Assembly: GCF_055900595.2 (NCBI RefSeq)
Contig: NZ_CM148325.1
DNA length: 64,000 nucleotides
Direction: 5' to 3' (one strand)
Numbering within the stretch: the first letter of the stretch is position 1; every line of letters begins with the position of its first letter. The notes under the pieces are model-generated. The model had not been told where the DNA came from. It saw nothing but the letters and a program-made list of their open reading frames with translations, and searched no databases. A program made the translations under genes and the position numbers. This document shows positions 1 to 7,934 of the stretch, one piece after another.

Positions 1-99
1 TGCCCGCCTAACGCCTTTAATTCCGGCACCGATTTATTATTACTGGAACCAGGAAAAACGCATCGCCTGTTTTTTAATATTCACGGGCAGCACAATTAA
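1..99 (+). CDS. yihR: 3' end of a CDS entering from upstream; probably the aldose-1-epimerase-family gene yihR
   Basis: Frame 1 is open from base 1 to TAA at 97-99 and encodes CPPNAFNSGTDLLLLEPGKTHRLFFNIHGQHN*. The PxAFNSG ... LEPGxxH pattern resembles mutarotase-family C-termini. It lies directly upstream of the yihQ-yihP-yihO-ompL block. The window edge truncates it, so it is absent from the ORF track. Confidence 0.45.
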   Translation, partial: CPPNAFNSGTDLLLLEPGKTHRLFFNIHGQHN

Positions 100-159
100 T
101 TTCATTAAGAAAAAAACGAGATCATTGTTTAGGGTTGTATTTACACAACAGGAAATATT

Positions 160-1035
160 ATGGACTTTTTTACGTTATTTTCGCCAGATGGGGCCATGCT
201 GGAAACAAACGTGGTATGTATCGTTATCGCGTTGATGTTTCTTTATACCTTTGTGGGGATATGCGCGGGATTTGGTGGCGGTTTAACCACCATGCCACTC
301 GTCACGTTAATGCTCCCCGTAAAAATGGCAACACCACTTTCGGTAATTGTCGGCACCGCAACCGCCTTGTACGCCACCTGGCTATCACGCAAAGAAACGG
401 ATTGGCGCTCGGCAATGGTGCTGATTATTTTCTCATTTTTGGGAATACCCGTCGGTTTATATGCGCTGTCGTATTTACCCGACCATTTTATGAAAGTGGG
501 CTTAGGTGGATTTCTTATCCTCTACTCCTTTTACAGCATGTTTATTCCTCGCTTGCCGATTTATGACCGTAACTGGATCGCCGCACCTATCGGCGCAGTA
601 GCTGGCGCATTAGGCGCGGCGTTCTCAACCAACGGGCCGCCGATGGTTATCTACGGGATGCTACGTAACTTAGGTCCGGCGGCATTTCGCGGCACACTGA
701 ACGCCTTCTTCACCGCAAACAACATCGCGGTGATCGGCGGGCTGGCGACCAGCGGAATTTTGACTGTTTCTATCTTTAAACTGGTGCTGTTTTGTATTCC
801 CACCATGATCCTCGGTTCACTGATTGGACAATATGTGCATAAACGCATTTCGGTCAAAGTGTTTCGTGTGATGGTCTTTTTATTGTTGATTGCCTCCGGT
901 TCTATGTTGATAAAAGGTGCGTTGGGAATTCCCGCTGCTGCCGCACTTCTGCCTCCGTTTACCTTGTTAGTTATACTGCAACTGGCATTTGGTAAAAAAG
1001 TGGCGGCAATCCGCCGGGCTGAAGAAAGTAAATAA
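160..1035 (+). CDS. TauE/SafE (DUF81, YfcA-like) family integral membrane anion permease, a putative sulfite/organosulfonate exporter
   Basis: 291-aa ORF with ATG at 160 preceded by AGGA about 8 nt upstream. The protein is almost entirely hydrophobic with multiple TM-length segments. Gly-rich motifs GICAGFGGGLTTMPLV (N-terminal half) and GAVAGALGAAFSTNGPPMV (C-terminal half) fit the two-repeat TauE architecture. Confidence 0.8.
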   Translation: MDFFTLFSPDGAMLETNVVCIVIALMFLYTFVGICAGFGGGLTTMPLVTLMLPVKMATPLSVIVGTATALYATWLSRKETDWRSAMVLIIFSFLGIPVGLYALSYLPDHFMKVGLGGFLILYSFYSMFIPRLPIYDRNWIAAPIGAVAGALGAAFSTNGPPMVIYGMLRNLGPAAFRGTLNAFFTANNIAVIGGLATSGILTVSIFKLVLFCIPTMILGSLIGQYVHKRISVKVFRVMVFLLLIASGSMLIKGALGIPAAAALLPPFTLLVILQLAFGKKVAAIRRAEESK

Positions 1036-1141
1036 TCATTATGCGGGTTTTAATTTATACCTTCACACATTCTTTAATTAATGAAACCTGTAATAACAGG
1101 ATGGCATGAAATATTAGTTTTATACTCTATGGAGATTATTT

Positions 1142-3178
1142 ATGGATACGCCACGCCCACAGTTATTAGATTTTCAATTTCATCAGAATAACGACAGTTT
1201 TACTCTACGTTTTCAAGACCGTCTTATTTTAATCCATAGCAAAGATAATCCTTGCTTATCGATTGGCTCAGGTATAGCGGATATCGATATGTTCCGCGGT
1301 AATTTCAGCATTAAAGATAAATTGCAGGAGAAAATTGCGCTGACCGACGCCATCGTCAGCCAGTCACCGGATGGCTGGTTAATCCATTTCTGCCGTGGTT
1401 CTGACATTAGCGCCACGCTGCATATCTCTACTGACGAACAAGGCCGTTTAGTGCTGAAACTGCAAAACGATGATCGTCACCATAACCGCATCTGGCTGCG
1501 TCTCGCCGCACAACCAGAGGACCATATCTACGGCTGCGGCGAACAATTCTCCTACTTTGATCTGCGCGGCAAACCGTTCCCGCTATGGACCAGTGAACAA
1601 GGCGTTGGTCGCAACAAACAAACCTATGTCACCTGGCAGGCCGACTGCAAAGAGAACGCGGGCGGCGACTATTACTGGACTTTCTTCCCGCAGCCTACTT
1701 TTGTCAGCACGCAGAAGTATTACTGCCATGTCGATAACAGCTGCTATATGAACTTCGACTTCAGTGCTCCGGAATACCATGAACTGGCATTGTGGGAAGA
1801 CAATGCCACCCTGCGTTTTGAATGTGCGGACACATACATCTCCCTGTTGGAAAAATTAACCGCCCTGCTGGGACGTCAGCCAGAACTGCCCGACTGGATT
1901 TATGACGGGGTAACGCTAGGTATTCAGGGCGGGACAGATGTATGCCAGAAGAAACTGGACACCATGCGTAACGCGGGCGTGAAGGTCAACGGCATCTGGG
2001 CGCAGGACTGGTCCGGGATCCGTATGACCTCTTTTGGCAAACGTGTGATGTGGAACTGGAAGTGGAACAGTGAAAACTACCCACAGTTAGATTCCCGCAT
2101 CAAGCAATGGAAAGAAGAAGGCGTGCAGTTCCTCGCCTACATCAACCCGTATGTTGCCAGCGATAAAGATCTCTGCGAAGAAGCGGCGCAACATGGCTAT
2201 CTGGCAAAAGATGCCTCTGGCGGTGACTATCTGGTGGAATTTGGGGAGTTTTACGGCGGCGTTGTCGATTTGACCAATCCTGAAGCCTATTCCTGGTTTA
2301 AAGAGGTCATCAAGAAAAACATGATCGAATTGGGCTGCGGCGGCTGGATGGCAGATTTTGGCGAATATTTGCCGACCGATACGTATCTGCATAACGGCGT
2401 TAGCGCCGAAATTATGCATAACGCCTGGCCCGCACTGTGGGCGAAATGTAACTACGAAGCCCTTGAAGAAACGGGCAAGCTTGGCGAGATCCTTTTCTTT
2501 ATGCGCGCCGGTTCTACCGGTAGCCAGAAATACTCCACCATGATGTGGGCGGGCGACCAGAACGTCGACTGGAGTCTGGACGATGGCCTGGCGTCGGTTG
2601 TTCCGGCGGCGCTCTCGCTGGCGATGACCGGGCATGGCCTGCATCACAGTGACATTGGCGGTTACACCACCCTGTTTGAGATGAAGCGCAGCAAAGAGCT
2701 GCTGCTGCGCTGGTGCGATTTCAGCGCCTTCACGCCGATGATGCGCACCCACGAAGGTAACCGTCCTGGCGACAACTGGCAGTTTGACGGCGACGCGGAA
2801 ACCATCGCCCATTTTGCCCGTATGACCACCGTCTTCACCACCCTGAAACCTTACCTCAAAGACGCCGTCGCGCAGAACGCGAAGTCCGGTCTGCCCGTTA
2901 TGCGCCCGCTGTTCCTGCATTACGAAGACGATGCACACACCTACACCCTGAAATATCAGTACCTGCTGGGCCGCGACATTCTGGTCGCTCCGGTGCACGA
3001 GCAAGGTCGCAGCGACTGGACGCTCTATCTGCCAGAGGATAACTGGGTCCACACCTGGAGCGGAGAAACCTTCCACGGCGGAGAAGTCACCGTTGAAGCG
3101 CCCATCGGCAAACCGCCGGTCTTTTATCGCGCCGACAGCGAATGGGCTGCACTGTTCGCCTCGTTAAAAAGCATCTAA
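1142..3178 (+). CDS. yihQ: sulfoquinovosidase, GH31 alpha-glucosidase family (YihQ)
   Basis: 678-aa ORF with a GGAG RBS upstream of the ATG. GH31 motifs are present: GIWAQDWSG, GWMADFGEYLP (nucleophile Asp region) and MWAGDQNVDW (acid/base region). Synteny with yihP, yihO and ompL supports the call. Confidence 0.93.
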   Translation: MDTPRPQLLDFQFHQNNDSFTLRFQDRLILIHSKDNPCLSIGSGIADIDMFRGNFSIKDKLQEKIALTDAIVSQSPDGWLIHFCRGSDISATLHISTDEQGRLVLKLQNDDRHHNRIWLRLAAQPEDHIYGCGEQFSYFDLRGKPFPLWTSEQGVGRNKQTYVTWQADCKENAGGDYYWTFFPQPTFVSTQKYYCHVDNSCYMNFDFSAPEYHELALWEDNATLRFECADTYISLLEKLTALLGRQPELPDWIYDGVTLGIQGGTDVCQKKLDTMRNAGVKVNGIWAQDWSGIRMTSFGKRVMWNWKWNSENYPQLDSRIKQWKEEGVQFLAYINPYVASDKDLCEEAAQHGYLAKDASGGDYLVEFGEFYGGVVDLTNPEAYSWFKEVIKKNMIELGCGGWMADFGEYLPTDTYLHNGVSAEIMHNAWPALWAKCNYEALEETGKLGEILFFMRAGSTGSQKYSTMMWAGDQNVDWSLDDGLASVVPAALSLAMTGHGLHHSDIGGYTTLFEMKRSKELLLRWCDFSAFTPMMRTHEGNRPGDNWQFDGDAETIAHFARMTTVFTTLKPYLKDAVAQNAKSGLPVMRPLFLHYEDDAHTYTLKYQYLLGRDILVAPVHEQGRSDWTLYLPEDNWVHTWSGETFHGGEVTVEAPIGKPPVFYRADSEWAALFASLKSI

Positions 3179-3186
3179 TCACGTCC

Positions 3187-3208
3187 GCCCGTGGGGAAAC
3201 TCACGGGC
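3187..3208 (+). other. intercistronic GC hairpin between yihQ and yihP
   Basis: GCCCGTG (3187-3193) pairs with CACGGGC (3202-3208) around an 8-nt loop. No T-run follows, so it is not a classical terminator. Confidence 0.4.
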
Positions 3209-3223
3209 ACAGGGAGAACAACG

Positions 3224-4609
3224 ATGAGTCACATCACAACGGAAGATCCGGCTACTTTACGCCTGCCCTTTAAAGAGAAACTCTCTTACGGTATCGGCGA
3301 TCTGGCCTCTAACATCCTGCTGGATATCGGCACGCTTTATCTTTTGAAGTTTTATACCGACGTTCTGGGGCTGCCCGGTACCTATGGCGGCATTATCTTT
3401 TTGATTTCGAAGTTCTTTACTGCGTTTACCGATATGGGTACCGGCATCATGCTCGATTCCCGACGCAAGATCGGTCCAAAAGGTAAGTTCCGTCCTTTTA
3501 TTCTGTATGCGTCATTCCCGGTCACCTTACTGGCGATCGCCAACTTTGTCGGCACACCGTTTGATGTCACCGGTAAAACGGTGATGGCCACTATCCTGTT
3601 TATGCTCTACGGGCTGTTTTTCAGCATGATGAACTGCTCTTATGGCGCAATGGTCCCCGCTATTACCAAAAACCCCAACGAACGCGCATCACTGGCGGCA
3701 TGGCGTCAGGGTGGCGCTACATTGGGCCTGCTGCTTTGTACGGTGGGATTCGTGCCGGTTATGAATCTTATCGAGGGTAATCAGCAACTTGGCTATATCT
3801 TCGCCGCCACGCTGTTTTCACTGTTCGGCCTGCTGTTTATGTGGATCTGCTATTCGGGCGTGAAAGAGCGTTATGTCGAAACGCAACCTGCAAATCCGGC
3901 GCAAAAGCCAGGCTTGTTGCAGTCTTTCCGCGCAATTGCCGGTAACCGCCCGCTGTTCATTTTGTGCATTGCTAACCTCTGTACCTTAGGGGCATTTAAC
4001 GTCAAGCTCGCCATTCAGGTCTATTACACCCAGTACGTGCTTAACGATCCCATCCTGTTGTCATATATGGGATTTTTCAGCATGGGCTGTATTTTCATCG
4101 GCGTGTTCCTGATGCCTGGTGCAGTCAGACGTTTTGGTAAGAAGAAGGTCTATATCGGCGGCCTGCTGATTTGGGTGCTGGGCGATCTGCTCAACTATTT
4201 CTTCGGCGGCGGCTCGGTCAGTTTTGTGGCGTTCTCCTGCCTGGCATTCTTCGGCTCGGCGTTTGTTAACAGCCTGAACTGGGCACTGGTTTCCGACACC
4301 GTCGAGTACGGCGAGTGGCGCACCGGCGTTCGTTCGGAAGGTACGGTCTACACCGGCTTCACCTTCTTTCGCAAAGTATCTCAGGCGCTGGCAGGTTTCT
4401 TCCCAGGCTGGATGCTGACGCAAATCGGCTATGTGCCAAACGTGGCGCAGGCTGACCATACCATCGAAGGTTTACGCCAGCTGATCTTCATCTACCCAAG
4501 CGCACTGGCGGTAGTCACCATTGTTACGATGGGTTGCTTCTACAGTCTGAACGAGAAAATGTACGTCCGCATTGTTGAAGAAATAGAAGCCCGTAAACGC
4601 ACGGCATAA
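3224..4609 (+). CDS. yihP: GPH-family (glycoside-pentoside-hexuronide:cation symporter) transporter YihP
   Basis: The ORF track starts at GTG 3191. ATG 3224 (MSHITTEDP...) has a GGGAG RBS and gives 461 aa, the length I recall for K-12 YihP. It is a 12-TM MelB-like protein and a clear paralog of the next gene. Confidence 0.9.
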   Translation: MSHITTEDPATLRLPFKEKLSYGIGDLASNILLDIGTLYLLKFYTDVLGLPGTYGGIIFLISKFFTAFTDMGTGIMLDSRRKIGPKGKFRPFILYASFPVTLLAIANFVGTPFDVTGKTVMATILFMLYGLFFSMMNCSYGAMVPAITKNPNERASLAAWRQGGATLGLLLCTVGFVPVMNLIEGNQQLGYIFAATLFSLFGLLFMWICYSGVKERYVETQPANPAQKPGLLQSFRAIAGNRPLFILCIANLCTLGAFNVKLAIQVYYTQYVLNDPILLSYMGFFSMGCIFIGVFLMPGAVRRFGKKKVYIGGLLIWVLGDLLNYFFGGGSVSFVAFSCLAFFGSAFVNSLNWALVSDTVEYGEWRTGVRSEGTVYTGFTFFRKVSQALAGFFPGWMLTQIGYVPNVAQADHTIEGLRQLIFIYPSALAVVTIVTMGCFYSLNEKMYVRIVEEIEARKRTA

Positions 4610-4618
4610 ATAATAAAC

Positions 4619-4636
4619 AACGCCCTGCGGGGCGTT
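4619..4636 (+). other. intercistronic hairpin between yihP and yihO
   Basis: AACGCCC (4619-4625), loop TGCG, GGGCGTT (4630-4636). It is followed by ATAAGGAG (the yihO RBS) rather than a T-run. Confidence 0.4.
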
Positions 4637-4649
4637 ATAAGGAGTGATT

Positions 4650-6053
4650 ATGTCTGACCATAATCCACTGACATTAAAACTGAATCTGCGGGAAAAAATC
4701 GCTTATGGCATGGGCGACGTCGGTTCGAATTTAATGCTTAGCATCGGCACTCTGTATCTCCTCAAATTTTATACCGATGAATTAGGGATGCCTGCTTACT
4801 ATGGCGGGATTATCTTTCTGGTGGCAAAATTCTTTACCGCGTTTACCGATATGCTCACCGGATTTTTACTCGACTCGCGGAAAAATATTGGGCCTAAAGG
4901 CAAATTTCGTCCCTTTATTTTATATGCAGCGGTTCCGGCGGCGTTAATTGCAACGCTCCAGTTTATCGCCACCACTTTTAGTTTGCCGATTAAAACGACG
5001 ATTGCCACCGCGCTGTTTATGATGTTTGGACTTTCATACAGTCTGATGAACTGCTCGTATGGCGCGATGATTCCAGCAATTACCAAAAACCCCAATGAGC
5101 GCGCGCAGCTTGCGGCTTACCGCCAGGGTGGTGCAACCATAGGGCTATTGATTTGTACCGTAGCATTTATTCCACTGCAGTCGCTTTTTTCTGACTCCAC
5201 TGTCGGTTATGCCTGCGCGGCACTGATGTTCTCCATTGGTGGCTTTATTTTTATGATGCTGTGCTACAGAGGCGTCAAAGAGCATTATGTGGACACGACG
5301 CCAACCGGACATAAAGCCAGTATTCTCAAATTTTTTTGCGCGATATTTCGTAATCCGCCATTGCTGGTTTTATGCATTGCTAACCTGTGTACCCTGGCGG
5401 CATTTAATATCAAACTGGCAATTCAGGTCTATTACACCCAGTATGTGCTGAATGATATTAATTTATTGTCGTGGATGGGATTCTTCAGTATGGGATGCAT
5501 CCTCATCGGCGTATTGCTGGTGCCATTAACTGTAAAATGTTTTGGTAAAAAACAGGTTTATTTAGCTGGCATGGTGCTGTGGGCGGTGGGGGATATCCTG
5601 AATTATTTCTGGGGCAGTAACTCTTTCACTTTCGTCATGTTCTCTTGTGTCGCCTTTTTTGGTACGGCCTTTGTGAACAGCCTGAACTGGGCGTTAGTTC
5701 CTGACACCGTAGATTACGGTGAATGGAAAACCGGTATTCGTGCCGAAGGTTCTGTTTATACTGGTTATACCTTCTTTCGTAAAATTTCTGCCGCACTTGC
5801 TGGCTTCTTGCCAGGCATTATGCTGACGCAAATCGGTTATGTTCCCAACATCGCGCAAAGCGATGCAACATTACAGGGTTTGCGTCAGCTCATTTTTATT
5901 TGGCCTTGTGCGCTGGCGATAATTGCTGCATTGACGATGGGATTCTTTTACACGCTCAATGAAAAACGTTTTGCGTTAATTATTGAGGACATCAACCAAC
6001 GTAAAAATAAAGAGATTGAGACAAAAGAAAAAACTGCTTCCGTAACGTTATAA
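4650..6053 (+). CDS. yihO: GPH-family transporter YihO (proposed sulfoquinovose importer)
   Basis: ATG at 4650 lies 6 nt after AAGGAG (the track starts 2 codons earlier at GTG 4644) and gives 467 aa. It is highly similar to YihP along its full length, for example shared LYLLKFYTD, NPNERA and YYTQYVLND. Confidence 0.9.
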   Translation: MSDHNPLTLKLNLREKIAYGMGDVGSNLMLSIGTLYLLKFYTDELGMPAYYGGIIFLVAKFFTAFTDMLTGFLLDSRKNIGPKGKFRPFILYAAVPAALIATLQFIATTFSLPIKTTIATALFMMFGLSYSLMNCSYGAMIPAITKNPNERAQLAAYRQGGATIGLLICTVAFIPLQSLFSDSTVGYACAALMFSIGGFIFMMLCYRGVKEHYVDTTPTGHKASILKFFCAIFRNPPLLVLCIANLCTLAAFNIKLAIQVYYTQYVLNDINLLSWMGFFSMGCILIGVLLVPLTVKCFGKKQVYLAGMVLWAVGDILNYFWGSNSFTFVMFSCVAFFGTAFVNSLNWALVPDTVDYGEWKTGIRAEGSVYTGYTFFRKISAALAGFLPGIMLTQIGYVPNIAQSDATLQGLRQLIFIWPCALAIIAALTMGFFYTLNEKRFALIIEDINQRKNKEIETKEKTASVTL

Positions 6054-6120
6054 ATGTCAATAGCCGCTATTTCCATCCTGATGGGTGGCGGCCCCCCTAC
6101 GTTAAAAAAATGGACTTATT

Positions 6121-6813
6121 ATGAAAAAGATTAATGCAATAATTTTATTATCTTCTCTGACCTCTGCCTCGGTATTTGCTGGCGCATACGTCGAAAACAG
6201 GGAGGCATATAATCTCGCCTCCGATCAGGGCGAGGTTATGCTACGTGTGGGTTATAACTTCGATATGGGCGCGGGTATCATGTTAACCAATACCTACAAC
6301 TTTCAGCGCGAAGATGAACTAAAACATGGATATAACGAAATTGAAGGCTGGTATCCGTTATTTAAACCAACCGATAAATTAACCATCCAGCCCGGTGGAT
6401 TAATTAATGATAAGAGCGCCGGTTCCGGTGGTGCAGTATATCTGGACGTCAACTATAAATTTGTACCATGGTTTAATCTGACAGTGCGAAATCGCTATAA
6501 CCATAATAACTACAGTTCAACAGATTTGAACGGGGAGCTGGATAATAATGACACCTATGAAATTGGTACCTACTGGAATTTCAAAATCACCGATAAATTC
6601 TCCTATACATTTGAGCCACATTATTTTATACGCGTAAATGACTTTAATAGCAGCAATGGAAAAGATCATCATTGGGAAATCACTAATACCTTCCGTTACC
6701 GTATTAATGAACACTGGCTGCCTTATTTCGAATTACGCTGGTTAGACCGCAACGTCGAGCCGTATCACCGCGAGCAAAACCAGATTCGTATCGGAACGAA
6801 GTATTTCTTCTGA
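6121..6813 (+). CDS. ompL: outer membrane porin OmpL
   Basis: 230-aa ORF with signal peptide MKKINAIILLSSLTSASVFA and alternating beta-strand pattern. It ends in the aromatic residues YFF typical of OMPs and sits downstream of yihO as in K-12. Confidence 0.92.
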   Translation: MKKINAIILLSSLTSASVFAGAYVENREAYNLASDQGEVMLRVGYNFDMGAGIMLTNTYNFQREDELKHGYNEIEGWYPLFKPTDKLTIQPGGLINDKSAGSGGAVYLDVNYKFVPWFNLTVRNRYNHNNYSSTDLNGELDNNDTYEIGTYWNFKITDKFSYTFEPHYFIRVNDFNSSNGKDHHWEITNTFRYRINEHWLPYFELRWLDRNVEPYHREQNQIRIGTKYFF

Positions 6814-6822
6814 TGTGAAAAT

Positions 6823-6888
6823 GTAAAAAGTCGCTGATATGGACTGCCCCCCATAAAGTTGGACAGTTCAGGTTAAGCGGCTTTTTAC
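6823..6888 (+). terminator. possible long-stem terminator/structure downstream of ompL
   Basis: GTAAAAAGTCGCT (6823-6835) is complementary, with one mismatch, to AGCGGCTTTTTAC (6876-6888). The distal arm carries a T5 run. The large 40-nt loop makes the call tentative. Confidence 0.3.
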
Positions 6889-7025
6889 ACAGATATTCAC
6901 AATATAAATAACTCCCCATAATTATATAACCACGTTGATTATAAAATATTCCTCGTCCTCTCTATCAAAGTCATTGACTACCAGGTAAGATCTTTTCCAC
7001 CGCAACACTCACAAGGAATGAGAAA

Positions 7026-7874
7026 ATGGAAAAGAAATTTTTTATGGATTGGGATAATGAAATCCCGCAAGAAGAGTTTATTAACAATATTTTAGCCGAT
7101 GAAGACCTGCCTAAAATCCGCTCTCTGATTATTGGTCGTTGGGGGGAGTGCTGGGATGAGGAAAGTTGCCAACCAATAATCGACATGTTTGTTGAACATG
7201 CCGAACGCTTTGCTCATCTCGAATCCCTATTTATCGGCGATATGGAAAGCGAAGAGTGTGAAATTTCGTGGATAAAACAAGGGGATTATTCTCGTCTGTA
7301 TGCTGCGCTGCCGAACCTCAAAAAGCTGACAATTAAAGGTACTCAGGGCCTGGAACTGGGAGAAATCGCCCATGACAAACTGGAGCATCTGGAAATTATC
7401 TCTGGCGGTACGCCGTGTGACGTGTTCGCCTCATTGCAAAATGCCCAACTGCCTGCGTTAAAAACACTTATCGTTTATATTGGCGTTGAGAATTATGGTT
7501 TTGATGCATCGCTGGATATCGTAATGAAGCTGGCGTCGAAATCCCTCTTCCCGAGCCTGACGCATCTTGGCCTGGTGAACAGCGAAGAGCAAAACGAAAT
7601 CGTCCGCCGCGTGCTGGAAAGCGACATTCTGCCGCAACTGGAAGTGCTGGCACTCTCCTGCGGTACGCTTACCGACGAAGGTGCAGAGCATCTTCTCAAA
7701 CATGCCGATCGCCTTAGCCATCTGAAACTGCTGGATTTGTACCATCATTACCTGACAGAAGAGATGCAGAAAAAACTGCAAAAAACACTGACATGTACTC
7801 TCGAATTATCAGAAGCGCTAACGCCTGAAGTCTATGATGACGAAATTTATATGCATGCGATGTATACCGAATAA
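7026..7874 (+). CDS. cytoplasmic leucine-rich-repeat protein (ribonuclease-inhibitor/RNI-like LRR) with an acidic Tyr-rich C-terminal tail; function unknown
   Basis: 282-aa ORF with AAGGAA RBS and no signal peptide. LRR units recur: LPKIRSLIIG, FAHLESLFIG, LPNLKKLTIKG, LEHLEIISG, LPALKTLIVYIG, FPSLTHLGLVN, LPQLEVLALSCGTLTDEGAEHLLKH and LSHLKLLDLYHHYLTEE. The tail is PEVYDDEIYMHAMYTE*. Confidence 0.8.
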   Translation: MEKKFFMDWDNEIPQEEFINNILADEDLPKIRSLIIGRWGECWDEESCQPIIDMFVEHAERFAHLESLFIGDMESEECEISWIKQGDYSRLYAALPNLKKLTIKGTQGLELGEIAHDKLEHLEIISGGTPCDVFASLQNAQLPALKTLIVYIGVENYGFDASLDIVMKLASKSLFPSLTHLGLVNSEEQNEIVRRVLESDILPQLEVLALSCGTLTDEGAEHLLKHADRLSHLKLLDLYHHYLTEEMQKKLQKTLTCTLELSEALTPEVYDDEIYMHAMYTE

Positions 7875-7886
7875 ATGACATTTATT

Positions 7887-7906
7887 GGGAGAGAGTCATC
7901 TCTCCC
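7887..7906 (+). terminator. perfect 8-bp stem-loop directly after the LRR gene; candidate partial terminator/attenuator
   Basis: GGGAGAGA (7887-7894), loop GTCA, TCTCTCCC (7899-7906), followed by the T-rich ATTATTTAT. It lies 13 nt after the LRR stop codon. Confidence 0.55.
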
Positions 7907-7934
7907 ATTATTTATCACAGAAAAGGAATTCTTC

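Noticed and set aside
135-566. 143-aa ORF overlapping the TauE gene in another frame.
   Set aside because: It overlaps out of frame with a much longer ORF that has clear membrane-protein character. Its translation is Arg/His-rich and motif-free.
6935-7002. Candidate sigma70 promoter hexamers (TTGATT at 6935, TTGACT at 6974, CATAAT at 6916) upstream of the LRR gene.
   Set aside because: None pairs a -35 with a -10 at 16-18 bp spacing, so I cannot support a specific promoter call from sequence alone.
7018-7095. 25-codon basic ORF (MRKWKRNFLWIGIMKSRKKSLLTIF) overlapping the LRR gene start, considered as a possible leader or precursor peptide.
   Set aside because: Its ATG directly abuts the AAGGA sequence with no spacing for an RBS. 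It is out of frame within the LRR gene. It has no Cys/Ser/Thr/Tyr pattern suggestive of a RiPP core.
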